A DNA stretch of 64,000 bases, taken from positions 12,225 to 76,224 of the IMG/VR virus record IMGVR_UViG_3300046780_000464; one strand, 5' to 3'. Made by a program: the position numbers and the translations under genes. Shown here in pieces: positions 38,189 through 47,492 of this stretch (within the stretch, counting starts at the first letter, position 1; the number at the start of each line of letters is the position of its first letter). Source of the stretch: a virus. Below the pieces are notes generated by a model. It did not search any database, was not told where the DNA came from, and saw only the letters and a program-made list of their open reading frames with translations.

Positions 38189-39456
38189 TTTAACTTATAA
38201 TTCTGGGTGGACTGCCCCACATAAGGGTCACTAGACAGTACAACATCGTGTGGATTAGGACTGACACTTAAATAAGTGGTCGTATTGTTGTAGAATGAGT
38301 TGTATTCCATCACTGCCTTAGTTCTATCAATTTGAACAAGCGTACTGGGAGTAGTTACTGCCAACCCTGCTTTACCCACCCCGGTATGATTGGTGATCAA
38401 ATTACCCATGATGGTAGTAACTGGTAATGTCGAGACATCAGTAATATTTATACCATGTCCGGCATTCCCATCTATAGTATTGTTAGCTATAAGGTTTCCC
38501 CAATAGTTCCCGGCTGTGTACACTCCATCTCCACCGTTCTTGGCAATTATACAGTTAATCAGTGCCATACCAGCAGAGACAACTACACCCGGTCCAATAC
38601 AGTCGTGAATATTACAATTTTCGATCATACTTCCTGGATTATTACCAGCAGCAATACCAGCATTATTCTTACCAACACGTTGTGTTACAGACGAAAAGAC
38701 TTCGCAGGAGATTACTGACCCGTTGATGTGACCAATACATGCATCCCAACCGTTCTGATCAAAAACACAACGGTATACTGTGGTGAAATCACACTGAATA
38801 GTTGTTCCCCAATTCCCTCCCGCAACTAAACACAACAAAGAAATTTTTAGATAGGATGAAGCGTAAAACAGCAAACCGGCAGCACCACCTAGTGCATTGC
38901 ACAGTATACAGGCCATACCGCCCGAAGTAGTACCATCGTAACCAGGAGTAGCTGGGTCGGTCGCGTAAGTTATAAATCCATTCGTATTATCCCCTGCAAC
39001 CGGGTTAAAATAGGCTGGTGGCTGGTAGTCATAAACATAGCTAGAATAGTTAGGTATTCCTGACCCTAGAATATAAATTGTATTTCCGGGTACTAATGGT
39101 CCGCTACTCGTTGTATTTGTCCAGAAATCAGCCCAAGCCCCGCCTAGTTGCCAACTGGCACCTGAGAATGTACCTAACGCGCGATCTACTACCACATTGG
39201 AAGCGTTAGTGAAGGCGGTGACGAAGTAAAACCCCTGCCCTGCAATATTGATGGCGTTACCCACCATTGCAGAAGTGAAACCGGACGCGGTAAATGTGGT
39301 GGTTCCGGTAGCGGACCCGTTGGTTCCGCTGGCTTGCGCCGCATCCTGCTGACTGTAATCGGTTCCCGCGCCAGCTATGCCGGGATCGTACCCGCCGCCA
39401 TTGGCATTGTTACCAAGTGGTCTGGCACGCCAAATTGTGGTTAGGTTGACAGCCAT
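38185..39456 (-). CDS. Right-handed beta-helix (pectate-lyase-like) protein
   Basis: Parallel beta-helix repeats IENCNIHDCIGPGV, LINCIIAKNGGDGV, LIANNTIDGNAGHGINI, IMGNLITNH. Confidence 0.75.
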   Translation of the reverse strand: MAVNLTTIWRARPLGNNANGGGYDPGIAGAGTDYSQQDAAQASGTNGSATGTTTFTASGFTSAMVGNAINIAGQGFYFVTAFTNASNVVVDRALGTFSGASWQLGGAWADFWTNTTSSGPLVPGNTIYILGSGIPNYSSYVYDYQPPAYFNPVAGDNTNGFITYATDPATPGYDGTTSGGMACILCNALGGAAGLLFYASSYLKISLLCLVAGGNWGTTIQCDFTTVYRCVFDQNGWDACIGHINGSVISCEVFSSVTQRVGKNNAGIAAGNNPGSMIENCNIHDCIGPGVVVSAGMALINCIIAKNGGDGVYTAGNYWGNLIANNTIDGNAGHGINITDVSTLPVTTIMGNLITNHTGVGKAGLAVTTPSTLVQIDRTKAVMEYNSFYNNTTTYLSVSPNPHDVVLSSDPYVGQSTQNYKLK

Positions 39457-39788
39457 CAGCTAACACTTGAGTTGCCCGGCCCGGTCGCCAGCACGGCAGC
39501 GGCTTGATTGTTCGCCGTGAAGTAATCCGTGTGCATCTGCTGAAGTGTACCAAACAGATTGGTAACTTGTGTGTCGGTCAACTCTGAGCAGCCAGCGAGG
39601 CTGCTCGCATCGTGAATGACGGTGCCTTGTGGCGGGCCGATAATGCCCAAGATGGTACTATTCCAGCCAAGGATCAACGCCTCAATCTGATTCATAACCC
39701 TGAACCACTCGATAGTCGTCGCTCGCTGCATCTGCACGAAATTATGCAGTTGCACCAGTTGCTCTGGAGTTGCGGTTGCTACTGCCAT
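39456..39788 (-). CDS. Hypothetical protein
   Basis: ATG 39788 behind AAGGGAG; helical; GATG coupling to the next gene. Confidence 0.6.
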   Translation of the reverse strand: MAVATATPEQLVQLHNFVQMQRATTIEWFRVMNQIEALILGWNSTILGIIGPPQGTVIHDASSLAGCSELTDTQVTNLFGTLQQMHTDYFTANNQAAAVLATGPGNSSVS

Positions 39789-39801
39789 CGCGGTACTCCC
39801 T

Positions 39802-40185
39802 TTATGCGTTCCCAGCAGTAACACTAAAACTGGTAACGGTCACCGTCTGACCAGACGTAATCGAGGTATTGTTAAGTACAAGATCGGTGGCGACATTCCC
39901 CTGAATATGGCAGGTACCGGCAGCGTCATACATTCGAAAGCTTGAAGCAGTACCAGTTGCAGCGGCACTAACAGTCCAAGCACCAGCAATAGTTGTCACA
40001 CCAGCAACAGAGGTTAGAAAGGTCGCTGGAAGTGCAATCGTTGCCACAGGTCCAGCAGGATCAGCCGCAGTACAGCTCGCTGGCTCGGCACCCGTAAATA
40101 TCTTCAATAAACCAGCTGTGCCGATAGACGTTTGGATTTGGCCAATCTGGTTATTGCGTAAGGCCGTGCCGTATTGAAACGTCAT
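39802..40185 (-). CDS. Small beta-rich virion protein of the type that precedes repeat fibres
   Basis: LRNNQ...IGTAGLLKIFTGAEPA...AAATGTASSFRMYD...IQGNV...LVLNNTSITSGQTVTVTSF. Confidence 0.65.
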   Translation of the reverse strand: MTFQYGTALRNNQIGQIQTSIGTAGLLKIFTGAEPASCTAADPAGPVATIALPATFLTSVAGVTTIAGAWTVSAAATGTASSFRMYDAAGTCHIQGNVATDLVLNNTSITSGQTVTVTSFSVTAGNA

Positions 40186-41944
40186 GGTCTAGTTCCTTTT
40201 CCTCAGGGACACAAAACAGGTTTAGAGAAACCAAGTTATTGTGTCCAATAACATAAGGTGGATGATGCTGATAAATTCGATAATTCATCTCTCTGAGTAA
40301 GGCATGTAAACGTTCACGTTTATCTTCTCGATCATCTTCTAAATACAAGTAAGGTCTATGCTCTGAAATAAGAGGCCATGCCCCCATCAATACGTTCCAC
40401 TCCATACCCTCAACATCGGCTTTGATTAGTTTTAGATTAGTAACTAAATGCCTTAAATCAACTAACATCATCATAGTAATCTTCTGACCTGAACTACCCG
40501 CAGGCAGCATTGAAATGCCACCAAAATTAACACCCAATGCTTGATAATCAACAATTGGAACAACACAACTTCCGACTTCAGAACCGGCAGCGGCATTGAT
40601 TGCCTGAACATTAGAAATATCATTAAGAGCAAGATTACCACACAAAGTGTTAAACAACGTGGTTTGAGGTTCTATAGCAATAACAGACCTACACATTCTA
40701 GCTAGTGGAATAGTGTGACAGCCGATATTCGCACCAACTTCAATAACGCAATCATCTGGTTGTAAAATCTGTCTAAACAGATCAACTTCACCCTCGGAAT
40801 ATTCACCATGTTCAGAGAGAAACTTACCCATATAAGGGTCACCAGGAAAGTAAATCAGACGTCCATGCTTGTAAGTACAAATATCGGTACTCTGTTTCGG
40901 TGACGCTGTAGTAACCGACACTGTTCCCGTGGCCAACAACTTATGTGCCTCCTGCACAATAGACTTAACCGATATATCACTAATACAAGCTGCGCCTGTT
41001 TGCTCTTCGTTCTGCCTGCATGTTACCATATTATCATGTAGTCGATGACAAGGCCAACAATCAACTCTATTGACATCGGCGTGTAGAGTTGATGTTCTCA
41101 CCCAATATTTAGTAATGTTCTCAGGGGAAGCATGGGATAACATTACAATCTTTGGCATGTCACGCATAGCGCAGGCCCACAATACACCAGTATCTGGACC
41201 AATAACCAAGTCAGCCTGTTGTGCAAATGTCAAACTGCGTCTAATCGGCCATTCGTCACCAGGTTCAGTGATTGCTCTTCTTAATCCGTTAGCATCCCCA
41301 TTTATCTTAATCAGATCAGCTCGAATTAGATTAGCTAGTTCTAGTTCACGCGACGATCCCATCAATACTACTGGAAGTTTTATTTCCTGTATTAGCTTGG
41401 CAATGATTGATGGTGCATAAGGATGTATCTTATCACACCGCGTACCTTTAATCACCCAGGCAATAAAGTGACCACCAATTTTCTGTTTGATTGCTTGGGC
41501 ATCAGAGACTTCTTCTTTAGTTGGGTAGAAAGCAGGCGCTATTTCATCATAAGGAATTAGTGCAATATCATGTGCTACTTCTAGATAAGAACGATTAGCG
41601 ATCTTGTGTCTAGCCTCTTTGGGCCACTGGAACTGATATTGGCTAGAAAAGAATGCCTGCTGAAACTCAATCGAATGTGACAAGTTTATATAGAATTCAA
41701 ATTCCTTTGATCTAATCCAGTGCCAATTAGGACCACTTTCAAGAGGAATGTCTTCCGGAGCATGTACAGATAACTTGTCAATGTAAGGATTATTTTCAAA
41801 TACTACATGATGTGGTGATGCACTGATTACTTCAACATGCCCATAACGCTTCTTAAGTCCCGGTAAAACCGAAGAGGTTACAATATTGTCACCAATACCA
41901 CCACCACGGGTGACACCGGCCCATCCCTTATTACCAATAACCAT
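40151..41944 (-). CDS. GT9-like glycosyltransferase fused to an FkbM-family SAM methyltransferase
   Basis: N-terminal RGGGIGDNIV...L..LKKRY; DLVIGPDTGVLWACAM..MPKIVML (GT-B, GT9); C-terminal VIEVGANIGCHT...IAIEPQ...LIKADVEGMEWNVL.G...RPYLYLE (FkbM). Confidence 0.85.
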   Translation of the reverse strand: MVIGNKGWAGVTRGGGIGDNIVTSSVLPGLKKRYGHVEVISASPHHVVFENNPYIDKLSVHAPEDIPLESGPNWHWIRSKEFEFYINLSHSIEFQQAFFSSQYQFQWPKEARHKIANRSYLEVAHDIALIPYDEIAPAFYPTKEEVSDAQAIKQKIGGHFIAWVIKGTRCDKIHPYAPSIIAKLIQEIKLPVVLMGSSRELELANLIRADLIKINGDANGLRRAITEPGDEWPIRRSLTFAQQADLVIGPDTGVLWACAMRDMPKIVMLSHASPENITKYWVRTSTLHADVNRVDCWPCHRLHDNMVTCRQNEEQTGAACISDISVKSIVQEAHKLLATGTVSVTTASPKQSTDICTYKHGRLIYFPGDPYMGKFLSEHGEYSEGEVDLFRQILQPDDCVIEVGANIGCHTIPLARMCRSVIAIEPQTTLFNTLCGNLALNDISNVQAINAAAGSEVGSCVVPIVDYQALGVNFGGISMLPAGSSGQKITMMMLVDLRHLVTNLKLIKADVEGMEWNVLMGAWPLISEHRPYLYLEDDREDKRERLHALLREMNYRIYQHHPPYVIGHNNLVSLNLFCVPEEKELDHDVSIRHGLTQ

Positions 41945-41949
41945 TCTAA

Positions 41950-42195
41950 CTATATCTTTCTAAAATGAGGACTTTTCCAACCGGAATCTTCTGCTTCGTC
42001 TTCGTCAGTATCTTCTTCGTCATCTTCTTTATCTTCGTCGTTGTCTTCACTATCATCAGCAACTAACCACTTTATCTCACCATCATCAAACAAGATCTTG
42101 ACTATAGTTGCATCATCACGCTCTGCTGGTGCCATATCTTCATCAAGATATACCACTGATGCAGGACGCCCATCTATTTCACGATGTTCAATCAT
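41950..42195 (-). CDS. Small protein with an acidic tail
   Basis: 81 aa; ATGA coupling to the upstream gene; D/E-rich C-terminus. Confidence 0.65.
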   Translation of the reverse strand: MIEHREIDGRPASVVYLDEDMAPAERDDATIVKILFDDGEIKWLVADDSEDNDEDKEDDEEDTDEDEAEDSGWKSPHFRKI

Positions 42196-44204
42196 TTCTG
42201 TATCTTTGGTACATTCGGGAATCTCTCTAAAATCGCCTTATAAACCTTCTTCCAAGGGTTAGGATCCCTATACCAAATTGGTAAATCTTTCTCGTTCAAT
42301 ATACCTTCCCAATCTAATGCAGCCATTTCAGCTAAAGTCTCATGAATTGGCAATCTAGTACTGGAAGTGTGACCATCCTCGTATGACTTCCACCAATCCC
42401 GACTATAATCAGTCAATCCATCATGCTTCTGTAATGCAGAAGCAGGCATAAGTCCAATTGCGGCATAAGTGGGATAATCCCTGTTGACCTCTTCAATTGA
42501 GAGATCATTAGGATAGATCTCAGCCCTTTTCTTATGGAATTCAGCTTGTTCCTTCTCATATTGTCGCTTAACCGCTTCCCACTTTTGATGCATTACTTCA
42601 TGAGCTGTAACTGCGCAAATAGAGCGACTACTAACGTTCTTTTGATAAATCTTAATAATCCCTGTATTCAGGAAAGCATGACCAGCAACCCTAAACCTAC
42701 GACCATTCAATCTATCGGTTGGCGTTGCCTTGCTTATCTTGATCTTCTTATCAGGATAATCTAATTCCTCAGCGACCAAGCTCTTTACTTCCTTCGCTTC
42801 CTCATCAGTTAAACGATGACTGAGACTAATGGAAGCCTTAGTTGCCATCTCACTAGATTCTTTTAAGTGATCAAACGTATGCTGAAGTTCAGTATCAAGT
42901 TCCTCCGGTTGAATAACCTTCGTACCCTTCCATTCCCTTAATCTAAACTCTGATGGGCGCCCCCACGAACCGCCACTTATATCTATCGCTATATTGGCAT
43001 TCTTAAATGCTTCTATTGTTTGCGCTTCAACGGTATGATAATAACCCATTGGATCAATGATCTGCTTAATCCTTTCCCTTGGAGTTAGAGTCTTCTTCTT
43101 GATTGCCTTTTCTGTTTGCTTTGATTCCGTACCAGTATCTACTGGACCACCACCATGACCATGCACCCTTTGTAAGAATTCCGCAATACCCTTCTGGCCA
43201 ATAATCAGCTTTGAAGGTTTACCTGTGGGTGGCAGATGTTTGATTGCATTGCTATTCCCACTCATTCCGATAAAACCGACATGATGCCCTGTTTCCGGAT
43301 GGTGGTATATTTCTGTTTTAGAGAAATCAGGATGCTCTATATACCCTGCATCCTTCAACTGCTTTATCAATTTAGGTGAAGCACTACCTTTCTTGGCGAA
43401 CTTGCCAGTCTTGTCTCTAGGATGCACTTCTTCTGACCAGGTACCTTCTGGTGCATCATAGGCAAGAAGGTTCGGTAAACGACAAAATAGAAATTGCCTA
43501 AGTGCTGCATCCTGTGCGGGATTCTTGAATTCAGCGTCTTCACCAGGCTCCCGATACCTATCACGCTCGGCCTGTAGTTGATACAATTGTTGAATAATAT
43601 TTGAAGGCATGTTTCGAGCAAGTTCTAAAATATCAGGGTCTAGTGGGACGGGATCTTCGTCCTCTGCAATATCTTTCAACTTCTCTAATGATGCCTTTAC
43701 TCCTGGATGAAGTGGTTCAGGTAATTCATTCAATCCACGCCAAAGATAAGCTGAATGTTCACTGTTTAATGTAGGTTCAAATTCATCCTCTACCGGACAA
43801 GCAAAAGTAGTATGATCCCAACCAAATGGTGTGCGTTTAGTCTCTACTTTAATCCACTGACCATCATCTTCTGGACAATGACCAAGTTCTTCTTCACATT
43901 CACGACGGACCGCATCATACTCACCCTCACCCTCATCAACCTTACCACCGGGCCAGGACCAAGTATCAGCCCAATTTTCTTCTGATGCTGATCGTTTTAC
44001 AAATAGGACCTTATTTTGTGGGGTAAAGAATGCTACACTTGCCGCCTTACCTTTAGGTTCATCCGGGGCTGCATCCCCATAATTACAGCAAACATCTAAA
44101 TCATACTTATCTTTTCTCTGTTTAGCGCTCTCATCAAACGCTAATGACAGGAGCGGCAGCCTTCCAATCAGGTATTCCCTAAGGCCAGTCGTCATCAAAC
44201 TCAC
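42192..44204 (-). CDS. Multi-domain protein: NUDIX hydrolase, linker modules and an HExxH zinc metallopeptidase
   Basis: Nudix box GKVDEGEGEYDAVRRECEEELG fits GX5EX7REUXEEXG; VAGHAF...TAHEVMHQ...HETLAE; HPRDKTGKF tag; probable start ATG 44195. Confidence 0.85.
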   Translation of the reverse strand: MSLMTTGLREYLIGRLPLLSLAFDESAKQRKDKYDLDVCCNYGDAAPDEPKGKAASVAFFTPQNKVLFVKRSASEENWADTWSWPGGKVDEGEGEYDAVRRECEEELGHCPEDDGQWIKVETKRTPFGWDHTTFACPVEDEFEPTLNSEHSAYLWRGLNELPEPLHPGVKASLEKLKDIAEDEDPVPLDPDILELARNMPSNIIQQLYQLQAERDRYREPGEDAEFKNPAQDAALRQFLFCRLPNLLAYDAPEGTWSEEVHPRDKTGKFAKKGSASPKLIKQLKDAGYIEHPDFSKTEIYHHPETGHHVGFIGMSGNSNAIKHLPPTGKPSKLIIGQKGIAEFLQRVHGHGGGPVDTGTESKQTEKAIKKKTLTPRERIKQIIDPMGYYHTVEAQTIEAFKNANIAIDISGGSWGRPSEFRLREWKGTKVIQPEELDTELQHTFDHLKESSEMATKASISLSHRLTDEEAKEVKSLVAEELDYPDKKIKISKATPTDRLNGRRFRVAGHAFLNTGIIKIYQKNVSSRSICAVTAHEVMHQKWEAVKRQYEKEQAEFHKKRAEIYPNDLSIEEVNRDYPTYAAIGLMPASALQKHDGLTDYSRDWWKSYEDGHTSSTRLPIHETLAEMAALDWEGILNEKDLPIWYRDPNPWKKVYKAILERFPNVPKIQK

Positions 44205-44289
44205 TATCAGGTGGTGGTGGTTTATCTAGCGCCCAACTGATTAAAGCTAAAACAACAACTCCAACTAGCAAGAAATATAGCCAAGTCAT
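44179..44289 (-). CDS. 36-aa single-TM peptide (absent from the ORF track)
   Basis: Hand translation MTWLYFLLVGVVVLALISWALDKPPPPDSEFDDDWP. Confidence 0.4.
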   Translation of the reverse strand: MTWLYFLLVGVVVLALISWALDKPPPPDSEFDDDWP

Positions 44290-44354
44290 AGGGCCCCGAC
44301 CCTCCGTCGCTCGGGGCTACACGCCCACGAACTAGGCCACGGTCCGTAGAGGGT

Positions 44355-44534
44355 TTACCAAGTGGATAGTCCAGCTCTCCAACCAAGCGGAGGAAAACGA
44401 AGCGATCTACGAAGCATTATATCACGCACTTCACGACGCTTCCGCTCAATAGCGGCTTCTTTTTCCTTCGGTAACTTACCAGCCATTGGAAAATGACCGA
44501 TACTATCAAGCACTCGAGTATCATCTTCAGGCAT
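44355..44534 (-). CDS. 59-aa hypothetical protein (absent from the ORF track)
   Basis: GAGGAGG RBS then MPEDDTRVLDSIGHFPMAGKLPKEKEAAIERKRREVRDIMLRRSLRFPPLGWRAGLSTW. Confidence 0.6.
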   Translation of the reverse strand: MPEDDTRVLDSIGHFPMAGKLPKEKEAAIERKRREVRDIMLRRSLRFPPLGWRAGLSTW

Positions 44535-44544
44535 TGGAACCTCC

Positions 44545-45183
44545 TCAGTGTGTAGATAGTTTCTTTGCTATCTCACGAGCGGAGCCTACCGCCACACTCT
44601 CAGTACTTGAATCAACTGGAGTAGACCAGGATAGATAAATCACACCAACAAATGATTCAGGATTTGGTGGTATAGGAATTGCACATCCCCTTTTCATACC
44701 ACGCTCGGCTAAACGCCTAGCGACAGGTGTACCATTTATATTCAAATCAACACAAACAGGGTGTCCTTCTAAAATATCAACTAGTTTTCGTATATCTGAC
44801 GCATGGTCCATAATAGGCAAGCGTCTTGGTGATGGAATTACAGGGCGTTCCCCATCATGCCGCCTAGCAGCAATAAACCACTGAGAATTGGAAGAAATAT
44901 CGACGGCCCAGACTTGGACGAGATCCGCATCTGTCTCTTGCGCAAGTAAATCGAGCGAGGCTGGAATTTCACTTGTCTTGAGTTCTGGTGCATTTGGTGT
45001 CAGCCAAGCCTCAAAGAGTTCATTACGTTTGTCATAAACAAAGAACCCAATACCACCAATTAACAATAGAACCACAACAACTACAGCTTTCCACGGCTTA
45101 TCTATAAAGGCAAGGATTGACGTTATTGTATCAACAAGCCAACCCTTGCTTGAAGAAGGAGGCGTCGGCGGTGGTTGTGTCAT
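44545..45183 (-). CDS. Single-TM protein with a GAF-like C-terminal domain (T4 holin T-like architecture)
   Basis: About 30-aa N-terminus, TM AVVVVVLLLIGGIGFFVY, about 160-aa domain with two Cys ending GCAIPIPP...FVGVIYLSW plus a helix. Confidence 0.5.
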   Translation of the reverse strand: MTQPPPTPPSSSKGWLVDTITSILAFIDKPWKAVVVVVLLLIGGIGFFVYDKRNELFEAWLTPNAPELKTSEIPASLDLLAQETDADLVQVWAVDISSNSQWFIAARRHDGERPVIPSPRRLPIMDHASDIRKLVDILEGHPVCVDLNINGTPVARRLAERGMKRGCAIPIPPNPESFVGVIYLSWSTPVDSSTESVAVGSAREIAKKLSTH

Positions 45184-45204
45184 AGGTCACCGCCGACATC
45201 TTAA

Positions 45205-45615
45205 TTAAGTTCTGGCCGATGGAGTTGGAGTCGGACCGGTCGGAACGGCAACAACAACCCATCCAGTCACTGGCGTCCAAGCCGTCTTGACTTCCCACTG
45301 AAGCGTGGGCGTTGGGGGTGTGGGTGTCGGCACTGGGGGCAGCACAATCGGATGCTCTGGGCGGACATAGCCGATGTCTACATCAATGCCCCAACCCGGA
45401 TCGACCGGACCCTCTGGCGGCGGTTCGATGGGAACGGTGGGAGGTGGGAGAACGATCGGATGGGTCGGACGAAGGTAACCCAGTCCAAGATCGATACCGT
45501 AACCTGGATCAACCGGCGGATCTCCACCGGGCATTGGACCGCCACCGATTTCCAGTGACGGGTCGATTGCCGCGACGACAACGGTTTCGCCGGGCCTCAG
45601 TTTAATGGCAGGCAT
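45205..45615 (-). CDS. Proline-rich protein with two PVDPG(Y/W)GID...RPxHPIVLPP repeats
   Basis: ATG 45615 behind GGAG; internal duplication is visible in the protein. Confidence 0.65.
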   Translation of the reverse strand: MPAIKLRPGETVVVAAIDPSLEIGGGPMPGGDPPVDPGYGIDLGLGYLRPTHPIVLPPPTVPIEPPPEGPVDPGWGIDVDIGYVRPEHPIVLPPVPTPTPPTPTLQWEVKTAWTPVTGWVVVAVPTGPTPTPSART

Positions 45616-45759
45616 TCGCTTTACTCCACTGTGATTAGGATAAGGCAAGAGAACCGGGGCAAGTTACACTTTTGTCAGAAAGGAGACCACCCCGGTTCTC
45701 GCCTTGACAACTAGTGCCAAGCTCTATATTAAAGAATGATTGCTGCGGAATTATGGCGA

Positions 45760-47247
45760 TTAAAAGACTGGACCACCTTTAGAGATGGTATTCGCCTTGT
45801 TGACCGCGGTAGTTGCACCCTTTACAATACTAGCACCAATACCGTCTCTGGATGGCTTGGGCCTAAGCCTATTTGCTGACTCACCTGAACGTTCAAATGC
45901 TGCACGCTTATTTCCAGCCGCAGTGCGACGCTCTGACGATGACGGTTGATGCGGACGAATAGTTGCCCCTTTTGTAAACTCCTCAGGACTCAGTATTTGA
46001 TGACCACCCTTTTGCGGTCCACTACCTGGACCACCGTCCTTCCCACCAAAGCGAGGACTATTCCAGCCATTACCTTGATTGCCCATCGATCCGCCCTGCA
46101 TGGTATCATCTTTAGACATTAGTGGAGCAGCCTTTCTAATTGCTGCTCTAACAGCATTCTCAGGCCAGGTTGGATGAGCTTCACTCCTTGAAGTACTGGG
46201 GCCAGTTTGGACTGTGGCAACATGACTCCCTACACCACGTCCAATCCCACCCTTGGACAACGACAATGTCGCCCCACTAGGATGCGACCAACTCTCATGT
46301 CCACGTTCATTAGGTCCTGAATAACTAAAACCAGCCTTTGTTGCTTCTTGGTGGGCCTTAGCCAATTGCTTGTTTGCAGGTGCAGATGAGGCAGAGGCAG
46401 ATCCACCACCTTGCGGCCCACTACCTGGACCACCATCCTTTGCCTTTTGAGGTGGAATTGTAGGAGACGACCAACCATTGCCTTGATAACCCATCGAACC
46501 ACCCTTCATGGTGTCATCACGGCTGGTTTCACCAGCAGTATATTTGAGCAAGTTCCCAAGTGCTGTTCCACCCTCACCATTACCAAGAGGAGGTTTCCCA
46601 TTATCGCCAGGATTTCCACTACGAGTACTTGGATCAATCTTTGGACTCTTCCACATACCTGTTGGTGTCATGGGCTTGGAAACGGGATCCTTGGGTACGG
46701 TAACTTCTGGTTTCAAGCTTGCAGCAGAGTCATTTTGACCATCAGAAAACAAAATCCGCATAACGTCATCAATACTGTGTTGATTACCGGTCTGATTATC
46801 AATAACATATTGACCGTCGGGTGACAATGAAAACCGACCATTTTGATCATCTATAGCAGGCTTTTCTTGTCTTTCCCCTATTGCTGTACGAGTATAATAC
46901 GCACCATCCTTTGCCTTTTGTTGCAATTTCCCACCGGGGTCGGCATTCATAAACTCTTTACCAACCGATTGGGGAATGCCAAGTGTAGAATTACCACCAG
47001 CCGCAGCACCCATTGCACCACGTTGCGCTTCACTGACAGGAGGATCCGTTGCCATACCATTCGGATCAGCGTAATGATGCTCCGTTACCGTCTTTACTTT
47101 CAACAGTGGCGGTTGCTCATCATTAGCTTGATCACCCACTTCATCGTGCTCCTCTTCCTCACCCTCTTCATTGATCCAGGACAACAGTCCTCGAGCAAAG
47201 TTTCTCATTTGGCTTAAGAACTCGGGGCTGGTCTGATCGAACGCCAT
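45760..47247 (-). CDS. Gly/Ser/Lys-rich multi-module protein with repeated xxD boundaries (putative internal head polyprotein)
   Basis: AFD, AND, ATD, AKD x2, SRD x2, SKD, GKD; duplicated DDTM(K/Q)GGSMG.QGNGW.SP...KDGGPGSGPQ; 30-bp near-exact DNA repeat at 46012-46041 and 46411-46440. Confidence 0.7.
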   Translation of the reverse strand: MAFDQTSPEFLSQMRNFARGLLSWINEEGEEEEHDEVGDQANDEQPPLLKVKTVTEHHYADPNGMATDPPVSEAQRGAMGAAAGGNSTLGIPQSVGKEFMNADPGGKLQQKAKDGAYYTRTAIGERQEKPAIDDQNGRFSLSPDGQYVIDNQTGNQHSIDDVMRILFSDGQNDSAASLKPEVTVPKDPVSKPMTPTGMWKSPKIDPSTRSGNPGDNGKPPLGNGEGGTALGNLLKYTAGETSRDDTMKGGSMGYQGNGWSSPTIPPQKAKDGGPGSGPQGGGSASASSAPANKQLAKAHQEATKAGFSYSGPNERGHESWSHPSGATLSLSKGGIGRGVGSHVATVQTGPSTSRSEAHPTWPENAVRAAIRKAAPLMSKDDTMQGGSMGNQGNGWNSPRFGGKDGGPGSGPQKGGHQILSPEEFTKGATIRPHQPSSSERRTAAGNKRAAFERSGESANRLRPKPSRDGIGASIVKGATTAVNKANTISKGGPVF

Positions 47248-47353
47248 AGCAAGAGTCCCATAGAGCTCGGTTTCTAGTGGGATGAACGGGTCCTAAGCAG
47301 CTTTGGTATGCGTAGGACCCTTTTACCGCAGTGTACCGCCTAAAAGCCGTCTA

Positions 47354-47470
47354 CTAGGCGAGCTCCTTTTCCTCTTCCCTATCGGGCTCCGGTGGATGAG
47401 GATTAGGGACGATAGGTGCGGTACCAGGAGGTGGAGGTGGTGGTGCTTCTTGTGGGTGAGGATCCGACAC
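47354..47470 (-). CDS. 38-aa Pro-rich peptide (absent from the ORF track)
   Basis: GTG start behind GAGGAAG; MSDPHPQEAPPPPPPGTAPIVPNPHPPEPDREEEKELA. Confidence 0.4.
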   Translation of the reverse strand: MSDPHPQEAPPPPPPGTAPIVPNPHPPEPDREEEKELA

Positions 47471-47492
47471 TTGACTTCCTCCTGTTCAACAA

